From Ranitomeya imitator (taxonomy: Eukaryota): a stretch of 64,000 nucleotides of DNA. The stretch's first letter is position 1; every line of letters begins with the position of its first letter. This document shows positions 1-11,325 of the stretch, piece by piece. The notes under the pieces were generated by a model. That model searched no databases and was not told the DNA's origin. It worked only from the letters and a program-made list of their open reading frames with translations. The translations under genes were made by a program, and so were the position numbers. The stretch is taken from positions 28,954,001-29,018,000 of the forward strand of contig NC_091283.1 in assembly GCF_032444005.1 (NCBI RefSeq), in the 5' to 3' direction.

Positions 1-324
1 TGCCCATAGACTTGTATTGCCAACGGATCATGACGGATGGCCACACGTCGCGTCCGTCGTGCACTGGACCAGTTGTGTTTTGGCGGACCGTCGGCACAAA
101 AAACGTTCAATGTAACGTTTTTTTGTACGTCGCGTCCGCCATTTCTGACCGCACATGCGTGGCCGTAACTCCGCCCCCTCCTCCCCAAGACATAGATTGG
201 GCAGCGGATGCGTTGAAAAACTACATCTGCTGCCCACGTTGTGCACAATTTTCACAACGTGCGTCGGTATGTCGGGCCGACGCATTGTGACGGCCCCGTA
301 TCGACGTAAGTGTGAAAGAAGCCT
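1..324. mobile_element. Right end of a T2/Kolobok-type MITE
   Basis: Ends AAGTGTGAAAGAAGCCT|AA, the reverse complement of an AGG-type TIR at a TAA-like target; palindrome-rich interior; left end outside window. Confidence 0.6.
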
Positions 325-490
325 AACCCTAAATTTAGCCCCAACCCTAACCCTAAATTTAGCCCCAACCCTAACCTTAGCCCTAACCCTAGCCCTAACC
401 CTAGCCCTAGCCCTAGCCCTAACCCTAGCCCTAACCCTAACCCTAGCCCTAACCCTAGCCCTAACCCTAGCCCTAATTTTAGCCCCAACT
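322..490. repeat. Interstitial telomere-like (CCCTAA/CCCTAG)n array
   Basis: About 25 hexamers CCCTAA/CCCTAG with ATTTAG variants; explains the Leu-Gly, Leu-Thr-Leu-Ala and Arg-Val-Arg-Ala ORFs. Confidence 0.9.
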
Positions 491-1255
491 GCTCTTCTCC
501 TGCTGGCCGGCAGATGGCGACAGACGGCGGGCGCACTGCGCATGCCCCCGCCATTTTCTTTTGCCAGCGGCCAGGAGGAGCAGCAGGAGGACCCAGGGAC
601 ACAGGTGAGTATGATAGGGTCCCCGAATCCCCCTATTTCTCTGTCCTCTGATGTGCGATCACATCAGAGGACAGAGAATTACACTTTGATTTTTTTTTTT
701 TTTTGCGGTCGCCGGTAAACAGTTAATTACCGGCGATCGCAATACAGGGGTCGGTAAAACCGACCTCGATCATGTTCTTTGGGGTCTCGGCTACCCCCGG
801 CAGCCGAGACCCCAAAGATTCTCCCGGTGCCGGCTGGCGGGTGCACTGCGCATGCGCCCGCCATTTTGAAGATGGCGGCGCCCACCGGGAGCCACGAGGA
901 CCACCGGGGGAGATAGGTGAGTATCGGTGAGCTATCTGGGACCCCTTTTCTCTGTCCTCTGATGTGCGATCACATCGGAGGACATTGAAATTAAAAAGAA
1001 ATTGCATTTTCTTTTTTTTTTGCGATCGCCAGTAAACCGTTAATTACCGGCGATCGCAAATGCGGGGTCGGAAACCCCCCCCCCCCGAATCATGTTCTCT
1101 GGGGTCTCGGCTACCCCCGGCAGCCGAGACCCCGGAGAAAATCTGACTCTGGGGGGCGCTATTTACTTTTTCCACAGCGCCGTTAATTAACAACGCTGTG
1201 GTTTAAGTACCCTTAGCGGCCGCCGTTAAAAGGCGTATCGGCGGTCGCTAAGGGG
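325..1255. mobile_element. Terminal part of a non-autonomous piggyBac-like element with an internal ~310-bp tandem duplication
   Basis: Ends GGTCGCTAAGGGG|TTAA (1256-1259); two related units at ~525-830 and ~832-1140 with hairpins such as GGGGTCTCGGCT...AGCCGAGACCCC. Confidence 0.6.
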
Positions 1256-1689
1256 TTAAAGAGACTGTGAGAAGGGCAACACAATAACATAATAATAATA
1301 ATAGAATATACAGAGATTGATAGTAGAAATTTTACCATTGCACAATGTACAAACGTTCCCAAAAATTACTCAAGGGGTCTGTATCATACACGCCGAAAGA
1401 GACCGTCATGGGGACCTCACAATACATTTTGCAGTTATTAGAATAGGTAGAGATAGAGAGTACAAATTTCACCATTGTACAATGCACAAAGGATTATAAA
1501 TTTAAAAACAATACCCTCATGGGGTATACATATATGACCACTAAGTACTTGTAGCAAAAGCAGGAGGAGGAAGACGTGATTTCCAGAACAAAATGGGTTG
1601 GGATGGACGTTAAGACAACTTCCAAAAAAGAACATTTGGGCTGCATTTATGTTAGATTGCTGTCATCCATAGGGCTTACAAAGTCGGAG

Positions 1690-2400
1690 GAAATCCAGAC
1701 CTTGTTCAGTTTTAGAAGAGTCAGCCTGATTGAATTTTCCGTTGACTGGCCTGTGCACCTACCCGTTATGATTGCTTCGGCCAAACTAAAAACTTGCTCA
1801 GACAATATACTTGCGGGAGGGCATGGCGTACAAGGAGAGGTCGGGCCAAGTGTGCAGTTTGGACAACCAATATTTAAAGGGCACTGAAGAATAAGGAGGG
1901 ATGCTGGTATGGTCAATTAAGGACTGCTTCACTATCTTGGTCAACTTCTCCCTCCTTGTCACAGTTACACCCACAGATAGCCCTTGCTGATGTGACGGTT
2001 TCATGAAAATGGCCCAGTTGATAGACAAGTTGCACATGGTGTGCGTGTCCCTCCCCTGTAATCCTTGTGGGTGAAAAGAGCCTGTACCTCTGCCAGCAGT
2101 GTTGTCTGAGGGTAATCTTTTCAGCAATTCTTCAACAACGGCCCTCTGGCATGCTGCACTGAAAATGGCATGTCTGCCTCTGACATGAGAAGGAAAATTC
2201 TCCTTGTACCGTGGGTCAAGGAAGGTGCACCGCTAGTATTTCATGGTGGACAAAATGTCTTTCATACAAGGGAAAGGCATCTGGACATGAACTGTGACAG
2301 GTGTGGCAGACTACAAAGAGTCAAACATTCAATTTTTGAAATTTATATCACCTGAGTTTTCGCCAACAGAAGACACAGGAAAATTAGTGGCACTGGTAAA
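1690..2400 (-). pseudogene. Degenerate hAT-superfamily transposase, C-terminal part
   Basis: Minus strand LDPRYK at 2203-2220; FKYWLSKLHTWPDLSLYAM then (frameshift) CPPASILSEQVFSLAEAIITGRCTGQSTENSIRLTLLKLNKVWI, matching the hAT C-terminal dimerisation domain. Confidence 0.75.
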
Positions 2401-2419
2401 TAGCGGCATTTTTTTTTAC

Positions 2420-2678
2420 ATCGCCTTTATGACACACGGCAACAGCAGACTCATGGAAATTACTGGTAAATAGTGACATTTGCATATCTCAGCAGGCTTT
2501 GTGCCAGTTGCATAACTCCTAGATAGATAGACGCTATTTAAGCAATAAAATCTTATTTTTTATATCGCCTTTATGACACACGCCTACAGCAGACTCGGGG
2601 AAATTACTGGTCAATAGTGATGTTTGTGTATCTCTGCAGGCTTTGCGCCAGTAGCACAACTGCTATTTAACCAATGGA

Positions 2679-2733
<55 letters not shown>

Positions 2734-3180
2734 CGCCTTTATGACAAACGCCAACAGCAGAGTAAGGTAAACTATTCGCACTGGTAAATAGTGACGTTTG
2801 CATATCTCTGCAAGCTTTAGGTCAGTTGCACAACTACTAGATAAATATACTCCATTTATTTAACCAATAGAAAATTATTATTTTTTTAATATCGCCTTTA
2901 TGACACACGCCAAAAGTAGAGGAAGGAAAATTATTGCCACTTGTAAATAGTGACGTTTGCGCATCTCTGCAGGCTTTGCGCAAGTCATACAACTGGTAGA
3001 TAAATGTACTCTTTTTATTTACCTAATAGAATTTTTTTTTTTAAATATCACCAATTTGACACTCGCCAATGGCAGACTCAAGGAAATTACTGGTAAATAG
3101 TGACATTTGAGTATCTCTGCAGGTTTTGCGCCAGTCGCACAACTGCTAGATAAATATTAGCTATTTCAGCAATAGGTGAG
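2420..3180. repeat. Five diverged ~150-bp tandem units with an internal (TA)n run
   Basis: Units start ATCGCCTTTATGACAC and contain CTGGTAAATAGTGAC...TCTCTGCAGGCTTTG; (TA)n at ~2684-2731; probably internal to the hAT element. Confidence 0.8.
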
Positions 3181-3728
3181 GAATATTATTTAGCAATTAG
3201 CTTTTAAAAAGATGTTTAGTCTATGCTGGCACTGAGGAATATTATGTAGCTCCAAAAAAAAATTGTTTAGTATATGCTGGTACTGAGTAATATTATTTGG
3301 CTCTAAAAAGAGCTGCTGTGTATATTATGTGTGATGCAGCAGTAGGAACATACGCAGTAAAACGGCAGTGACCCAAGCAAGTTCAAACAAAACGTTCCTT
3401 TATTGTGTTACTTCACACAGTCTATACAATACACGGCTTCTTCATATAGTACATTAGAAATACACAGCTTTAGTTTGCAGTCAATAAACAGACCGGACTT
3501 CCCTTTGTCCAGTTTCCCTGGGCGACTGCACGCCGGTACCAAGTCTCTCTACTCACGCAGTGCACAGCACTCTTCATCCTTCGGATTGCAGCCGGGTAAA
3601 CATAAGACAGTCCAAGACGCAGGGTGTTGTGAATTCTGTGGCTGAATTCACTCCTGTGGTCACAAGTGGTACTGCAGCTTCTGAGCTTCCTCCCTCAGGT
3701 GTTCTGGTGAGCTCGTTGGCTGCTTTGT

Positions 3729-3767
3729 TATTTAACTCCGCCTGATTCTGTCTTCCTTGCTCCTAGT
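3729..3767 (+). promoter_or_regulatory. LTR TATA-like box and inferred transcript 5' end (self-primer)
   Basis: TATTTAA at 3729-3735; GCTCCTAGT at 3759-3767 is complementary to ACTAGGAGC at 4380-4388, just after the LTR. Confidence 0.7.
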
Positions 3768-4513
3768 CAATGTTCCAGTGTTGGATCTGAGCTTCTGGAT
3801 CTTTCCTGTGGCCTGCTGCTCTGCTTAGATAAGTGCTGCTTGTTTTTGTTGCTACTTTTTCTGTCCAGCTTGTCCATTCGTTTTGCTGGTAGCTCTGAGA
3901 CGCAAAGGGTGTACCGCCGTGCCGTTAGTTCGGCACGGTGGGTCTTTTTGCCCCCTTTGCGTGGTTTTTTGCTTTAGGGTTTTTTGTAGACTGCAAAGTT
4001 CTCTTTGCTATCCTCGCTCTATCTAGAATATCGGGCCTCGCTTTGCTGAATCTATTTCATCCCTACGTTTGTCTTTTCATCTTGCTAACAGTCATTATAT
4101 GTGGGGGGCTGCCTTTTCCTTTGGGGTATTTCTCTGAGGCAAGCCAGGCTTAATTTTCTATCTTCAGGCTAGTCAGTTTCTCAGGTTGTGCCGAGTTGCC
4201 TAGGTAGTGTCAGGCGCAATCCACAGCCACTTTTAGTTGTGTTTAGGATAGGTTCAGGTTTGCAGTCTACAGAGATTCCACGTCTCAGAGCTCGTTCTAT
4301 TGTTTTTGGGTTATTGTCAGATCACTGTATGTGCTCTGATTGCTGGCACACTGTGTTACTGGATTGCCTGCATAACAGTACTAGGAGCCAACCTAATGAT
4401 TCTCAATAGAGGGAAAAAAGAAGTTCTGACATCATTTTTTTTTTCTCTCAGCTCTGTGTTCAGTTTTTTTTTTTCCCCTAGACATTTGGGTGTTTCAGGA
4501 CACAGGTGTGGAC

Positions 4514-7500
4514 ATGGATATTCAGGGTCTGTGCTCTTCAATGGATAATCTCGTTACAAATGTACAAAAGATTCAAGATGCTATTGATCAGAAATCTATG
4601 TTAGAACCAAGAATTCCTATTCCTGATTTGTTTTTTGGTGATAGAACTAAGTTTCTTAATTTCAAAAATAATTGTAAGCTATTTCTGGCCTTGAAACATC
4701 ATTCTTCTGGTAATCCTATTCAACAGGTTTTGATTATTATTTCTTTTTTGCGCGGCGACCCTCAGGACTGGGCATTTTCTCTTGCGCCAGGAGACCCTGC
4801 ATTGAGTAATGTCAATGCGTTTTTCCTGGCGCTCGGATTGCTTTACGATGAGCCTAATTCAGTGGATCAGGCTGAGAAAAATTTGCTGGCTTTGTGCCAG
4901 GGTCAGGATGATATAGAAGTATATTGTCAGAAATTTAGGAAATGGTCAGTACTCACTCTGTGGAATGAATCTGCGCTGGCAGCTTTGTTCAGAAAGGGTC
5001 TCTCTGAGGCTCTTAAGGATGTCATGGTGGGTTTTCCTATGCCTGCTGGTTTGAATGAGTCTATGTCTTTGGCCATTCAGATCGGTCGACGCTTGCGCGA
5101 GCGTAAATCTGTGCACCATTTGGCGGTATTGTCTAAGATTAAACCTGAGCCTATGCAGTGCGATAGGACAATGACCAGAGTTGAACGGCAAGAACACAGA
5201 CGTCTGAATGGTCTGTGTTTCTACTGTGGTGATTCCACTCATGCTATTTCTGATTGTCCTAAGCGCACTAAGCGGTTCGATAGGTCTGCTGTCATTGGTA
5301 CTGTACAATCCAAATTCCTTCTGTCCATTACCTTAATATGCTCTTTGTCATCGTATTCTGTCATGGCGTTTGTGGATTCAGGCGCTGCCCTGAATCTGAT
5401 GGATTTGGATTATGCTAAACGTTGTGGGTTTTTCTTGGAGCCTTTGCGGTGTCCTATTCCGTTGAGAGGAATTGATGCTACACCTTTAGCCAAGAATAAA
5501 CCTCAGTACTGGACCCAGCTGACCATGTGCATGGCTCCTGCACATCAGGAAGTTATTCGCTTTCTGGTGCTACATAATTTGCATGATGTGGTCGTGTTGG
5601 GGTTGCCATGGCTGCAAACCCATAATCCTGTATTGGATTGGAACTCTATGTCGGTATCCAGCTGGGGTTGTCAGGGGGTACATGGTGATGTTCCATTTTT
5701 GTCTATTTCGTCATCCACTCCTTCTGAGGTCCCAGAGTTCTTGTCTGATTATCAGGATGTATTTGAAGAGCCCAAGTCCGATGCCCTACCTCCGCACAGG
5801 GATTGTGATTGTGCTATCAATTTGATTCCTGGTAGTAAATTCCCTAAAGGTCGATTATTTAATTTTTCCGTGCCTGAACACGCCGCTATGCGCAGTTATG
5901 TGAAGGAATCCCTGGAGAAGGGACATATTCGCCCATCGTTATCACCACTGGGAGCAGGGTTCTTTTTTGTAGCCAAGAAGGATGGTTCGCTGAGACCGTG
6001 TATTGATTACCGCCTTCTTAATAAGATCACTGTTAAATTTCAGTATCCCTTGCCATTGTTATCTGACTTGTTTGCTCGGATTAAGGGGGCTAGTTGGTTC
6101 ACTAAGATAGATCTTCGTGGTGCGTATAATCTGGTGAGAATCAGGCAAGGAGATGAATGGAAAACTGCATTCAATACGCCCGAGGGTCATTTTGAGTATC
6201 TAGTGATGCCGTTCGGACTTGCCAATGCTCCATCTGTGTTTCAGTCTTTTATGCATGACATCTTCCGTGAGTATCTGGATAAATTCCTGATTGTTTACTT
6301 GGATGACATTTTGATCTTCTCGGATGATTGGGACTCTCATGTGAAGCAGGTCAGAATGGTTTTCCAGGTCCTGCGTGCTAATTCTTTGTTTGTGAAGGGA
6401 TCAAAGTGTCTCTTCGGTGTGCAGAAAGTTTCATTTTTGGGGTTCATCTTTTCCCCTTCTACTATCGAGATGGATCCGGTTAAGGTCCAAGCCATCCAGG
6501 ATTGGACTCAGCCGACATCTCTGAAAAGTCTGCAAAAATTCCTGGGCTTTGCTAATTTTTATCGTCGCTTCATTTGTAATTTTTCTAGCATTGCCAAACC
6601 ATTGACCGATTTGACCAAGAAGGGTGCTGATTTGGTTAATTGGTCTTCTGCTGCTGTGGAAGCTTTTCAGGAGTTGAAGCGTCGTTTTTGTTCTGCCCCT
6701 GTGTTGTGTCAACCAGATGTTTCTCTTCCGTTCCAGGTCGAGGTTGATGCTTCTGAGATTGGAACAGGGGCGGTTTTGTCACAGAGAGGTTCTGGTTGCT
6801 CAGTGTTGAAACCATGTGCTTTCTTTTCCAGGAAGTTTTCGGCTGCTGAACGTAATTATGATGTGGGCAACCGAGAGTTGCTGGCCATGAAGTGGGCATT
6901 CGAGGAATGGCGTCATTGGCTTGAAGGAGCTAAGCATCGCGTGGTGGTATTGACTGATCATAAGAACCTTACTTATCTCGAGTCTGCCAAGCGCTTGAAT
7001 CCTAGACAGGCCCGTTGGTCGTTATTTTTTGCCCGCTTCGATTTTTTGATTTCGTACCTTCCGGGCTCTAAAAATGTGAAGGCGGATGCTCTGTCTAGGA
7101 GTTTTGTGCCCGACTCTCCGGGTTCATCTGAGCCGGTGAGTATCCTCAAGGAAGGAGTCATTGTGTCTGCCATCTCCCCTGATTTCCGGCGAGTGTTGCA
7201 AAAATTTCAGGCGAATAAACCTGATCGTTGTCCGGCGGAGAAATTGTTCGTCCCTGATAGGTGGACTAGTAAAGTTATCTCGGAACTTCATTGTTCGGTG
7301 TTGGCTGGTCATCCTGGAATCTTTGGTACCAGAGAGTTAGTGGCTAGATCCTTCTGGTGGCCATCTCTGTCACGGGATGTACGTGCTTTTGTGCAGTCCT
7401 GTGGGATTTGTGCTAGGGCTAAGCCCTGCTGTTCACGTGCCAGTGGGTTGCTTTTGCCCTTGCCGGTCCCAAAGAGGCCTTGGACACATATTTCGATGGA

Positions 7501-8696
7501 TTTCATTTCTGACCTTCCCGTTTCTCAAAAGATGTCTGTCATTTGGGTGGTCTGTGATCGCTTTTCTAAAATGGTCCATCTGGTGCCCTTGGTTAAATTG
7601 CCTTCCTCCTCTGATTTGGTGCCTTTGTTCTTCCAGCATGTGGTTCGTTTGCATGGCATTCCTGAGAATATGGTTTCTGACAGAGGTTCCCAGTTTGTTT
7701 CAAGGTTTTGGCGAGCCTTTTGTGGTAGGATGGGCATTGACTTGTCTTTTTCCTCGGCTTTCCATCCTCAGACTAATGGCCAGACCGAACGAACCAATCA
7801 GACCTTGGAAACATATCTGAGATGTTTTGTTTCTGCTGACCAGGATGATTGGGTGTCCTTTTTGCCGTTGGCTGAGTTCGCCCTTAATAAATCGGGCCAG
7901 CTCGGCTACCTTGGTCTCTCCATTTTTCTGCAATTCTGGGTTCCATCCTCGTTTCTCTTCAGGACAGGTTGAGTCTTCGGACTGTCCTGGTGTGGATTCT
8001 GTGGTGGACAGGTTGCAGCAGATCTGGACTCAGGTAGTGGACAATTTGACCTTGTCCCAGGAGAAGGCTCAACTTTTCGCTAATCGCAGACGCCGTGTGG
8101 GTCCCCGACTTCGTGTTGGGGATCTGGTTTGGTTATCTTCTCGTCATATTCCTATGAAGGTTTCCTCTCCTAAATTTAAACCTCGTTTTATTGGTCCGTA
8201 TAGGATTTCTGAGATTCTCAATCCTGTGTCTTTTCGTCTGACCCTCCCAGACTCCTTTTCCATACATAATGTGTTCCATAGGTCGTTGTTGCGGAGATAC
8301 GTGGCACCTATAGTTCCTTCTGTTGAGCCTCCTGCCCCGGTTTTGGTGGAGGGGGAATTGGAGTATATTGTGGAGAAAATTTTGGATTCTCGTGTTTCTA
8401 GACGGAAACTCCAGTATCTGGTTAAATGGAAGGGTTATGCTCAGGAAGATAATTCCTGGGTTTTTGCCTCTGATGTCCATGCTCCAGATCTTGTTCGTGC
8501 CTTTCATGTGGCTCATCCTGGTCGGCCTGGGGGCTCTGGTGAGGGTTCGGTGACCCCTCCTCAAGGGGGGGGTACTGTTGTGAATTCTGTGGCTGAATTC
8601 ACTCCTGTGGTCACAAGTGGTACTGCAGCTTCTGAGCTTCCTCCCTCAGGTGTTCTGGTGAGCTCGTTGGCTGCTTTGTTATTTAACTCCGCCTGA
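4514..8696 (+). pseudogene. Gag-PR-RT-RNaseH-IN-chromodomain polyprotein of copy A with a single +1 frameshift
   Basis: CCHC knuckle CFYCGDSTHAISDC, protease FVDSGA, RT YLDD, integrase HHCC/DDE, GPY motif, chromodomain EYIVEKILDSR...YLVKWKGY; extra A at 7889-7891 relative to copy C. Confidence 0.93.
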
Positions 8697-10071
8697 TTCT
8701 GTCTTCCTTGCTCCTAGTCAATGTTCCAGTGTTGGATCTGAGCTTCTGGATCTTTCCTGTGGCCTGCTGCTCTGCTTAGATAAGTGCTGCTTGTTTTTGT
8801 TGCTACTTTTTCTGTCCAGCTTGTCCATTCGTTTTGCTGGTAGCTCTGAGACGCAAAGGGTGTACCGCCGTGCCGTTAGTTCGGCACGGTGGGTCTTTTT
8901 GCCCCCTTTGCGTGGTTTTTTGCTTTAGGGTTTTTTGTAGACTGCAAAGTTCTCTTTGCTATCCTCGCTCTATCTAGAATATCGGGCCTCGCTTTGCTGA
9001 ATCTATTTCATCCCTACGTTTGTCTTTTCATCTTGCTAACAGTCATTATATGTGGGGGGCTGCCTTTTCCTTTGGGGTATTTCTCTGAGGCAAGCCAGGC
9101 TTAATTTTCTATCTTCAGGCTAGTCAGTTTCTCAGGTTGTGCCGAGTTGCCTAGGTAGTGTCAGGCGCAATCCACAGCCACTTTTAGTTGTGTTTAGGAT
9201 AGGTTCAGGTTTGCAGTCTACAGAGATTCCACGTCTCAGAGCTCGTTCTATTGTTTTTGGGTTATTGTCAGATCACTGTATGTGCTCTGATTGCTGGCAC
9301 ACTGTGTTACTGGATTGCCTGAATAACAGCAGGGTGTCAGTCTGTTTGGTTCCTCTTGTCCCTGTGTTGCTTCACACAGGGAGTGCTCTGCAGACAACTG
9401 CTCTGTCTGCTTCCAAACCAACACTGACACACCTCCCCCTCTACTACAGGGCTTTTAATCAGTCACTGCTTCACCATTCTAATTACAGCTACACCTGTGT
9501 CTGCAGTACACCCTCATGGCCTCACTATGTGCTCTCCAGAATGCGCATAGAGGCAAACAGCACCCCCTAGCTGTAACAGGGGTCACTGCCTCACATATGG
9601 TAGTGGATGAAACCCTGCCTATCTCTACCTAATCCCACAGTCTGTTCCTACACCATGCAACACAATACAAACTAGCATGTTTTTGTTAATAATTATGTTC
9701 CATGTGAAATAGCAATTCTCTATTCTCACACCTCTGTGTTGTTCCATTCCTACGAGATTCATTCTTCATATCTATGATACATACATGCTAGCCACCTTAG
9801 GGAGAGACCCAAGCTGGGCTTAATGTAGCGGGACGAAAGAGACCGAAAAGCCCTCTACTTAAAGGAAATACATAGTGGATGCTTTCCTGAAACGGAAAGT
9901 ACTTGCAAGCAGCATAATACAAAGAATAGCAGGTTTACCCAGAATCCTTTGCAGTAGGCGGAGCTATGCAAATCATCTCTTTCCACCCCTGTCTAATCCA
10001 CAGCGCTTGGAACCGCCAAGCGTGCAATGCTGCGGATTAGTTTCTAAATTTACACAGCCAACCAATTCCTA

Positions 10072-10115
10072 CCTGTGGACACGTGTTTCGGGCTTTAGGC
10101 CCTCATCAGCACAGG
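10072..10115 (-). ncRNA. Type I hammerhead ribozyme with an intact core
   Basis: CCUGUG-CUGAUGA-GGGC(CUAAA)GCCC-GAAA-C(ACGU)GUC-CACAGG; stem I extended by 10054-10069 pairing with 10119-10134. Confidence 0.88.
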
Positions 10116-10631
10116 GCTGGAATTGGTTGGCTGTATGGAGTGGGGCTCGGTGTGCAAGCGATACATACATGCTAGCCACCTTAGGGAGAGACCCAAGTTG
10201 GGCTTAATGTAGCGGGACGAAAGAGACCGAAAAGCCCTCTACTTAAAGGAAATACATAGTGGATGCTTTCCTGAAACGGAAAGTACTTGCAAGCAGCATA
10301 ATACAAAGAATAAATTTAGAAACTAATCCGCAGCATTGCACGCTTGGCGGTTCCAAGCGCTGTGGATTAGACAGGGGTGGAAAGAGATGATTTGCATAGC
10401 TCCGCCTACTGCAAAGGATTCTGGGTAAACCTGCTATTCTTTGTATTATGCTGCTTGCAAGTACTTTCCGTTTCAGGAAAGCATCCACTATGTATTTCCT
10501 TTAAGTAGAGGGCTTTTCGGTTTCTTTCGTCCCGCTACATTAAGCCCAACTTGGGTCTCTCCCTAAGGTGGCTAGCATGTATGTATCGCTTGCACACCGA
10601 GCCCCACTCCATACAGCCAACCAATTCCAGC

Positions 10632-10675
10632 CCTGTGCTGATGAGGGCCTAAAGCCCAAAACACGTGTCCACAGG
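10632..10675 (+). ncRNA. Second hammerhead copy with G12>A (GAAA>AAAA), probably inactive
   Basis: CCTGTGCTGATGAGGGCCTAAAGCCCAAAACACGTGTCCACAGG. Confidence 0.75.
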
Positions 10676-11051
10676 TAGGAATTTGTTGGCTGTGTAAATT
10701 TAGAAACTAATCCGCAGCATTGCACGCTTGGCGGTTCCAAGCGCTGTGGATTAGACAGGGGTGGAAAGAGATGATTTGCATCATATCTATGAGTAATTTG
10801 ACAACTGAGTAGATCTCCCGACCCGAACTTAATAACCTCATAGACATACTGTGCATGAGGCTGTTCGGTTCAGGCTGGTAGACCTGAGGCAAGCCCATAC
10901 ACAGACCTTGTATGACAGATGTCTGAATTTGGCCTTACACAGAAGTGTAATCTTGCAGAAGATGATGTAGCATTGACCTAAAAATCTGTATTCTAAATAA
11001 TATCATATCTGATAGTGATGTATTATCTAATGCACCATTTATCTTTCTCAG

Positions 11052-11312
11052 ACCATCACTCTCTGCGCTATTATTACACGGGGGTCTCAGGTCCAGGATA
11101 CGGGATACCGGAGTTCTCCATAGTTGGATATGTGGATGATCAGCAGATTGATTTATACAGTAGTGATATTGGGAGGAACATTCCCATGGCATCATGGATG
11201 AAGAGGAAGGGTGATGAGTACTGGAGCAGAGAGACGAAGATTGCAAAAAGTTCTGAAGTTCTTTTCAGACATGATGTGAGGACAGCAATGAGCCGCTTCA
11301 ACCAAACAGAAG
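11052..11312 (+). CDS. MHC class I-like heavy chain, alpha1 exon
   Basis: ttctcag acceptor, g|gtgag donor, 261 bp, phase 1; HSLRYYYTGVS...GYVDDQQID...EYW...RFNQT with Y7, Y59, R84 and the N86 glycan site. Confidence 0.95.
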
Positions 11313-11325
11313 GTGAGCTTATAGC

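Larger units (their letters stand above)
3625..9328 (+). mobile_element. Full-length Ty3/gypsy chromovirus (Tf1/sushi-like) LTR retrotransposon, copy A
   Basis: 753-bp LTRs 3625-4377 and 8576-9328 (TG...CA, one mismatch seen), G-rich PPT before the 3' LTR, flanking direct repeat GCAGGG, gag-pol ORF. Confidence 0.97.
3330..9595 (-). mobile_element. Solo LTR (~556 bp) interrupted by gypsy element A
   Basis: TGTGA...TCACA termini with 4-bp TSD TATG (3326-3329, 9596-9599); halves 3330-3624 and 9329-9595; strand inferred from a polyA-like signal on the minus strand. Confidence 0.75.
9778..10780. mobile_element. Hammerhead-containing 384-bp tandem repeat insertion (retrozyme- or Penelope pLTR-like) with internal inversion
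   Basis: Period 384 (9778/10162; 9875/10259); forward block 9778-10311, inverted block 10312-10780; TSD (T)CATATCTATGA at 9766-9777 and 10781-10792. Confidence 0.85.

Noticed and set aside
28-718. Leu/Ala/Gly/Arg-repeat ORFs
   Set aside because: Translations of the telomere-like hexamer array and MITE DNA; also not a chromosome end, since the array is short and embedded
4378-4395. tRNA primer-binding site
   Set aside because: No TGG complement to CCA; better explained by self-priming
7889-7891. Programmed frameshift producing a chromodomain-less integrase
   Set aside because: Copies B and C are in frame here; a simple 1-nt insertion or read error in an A-run
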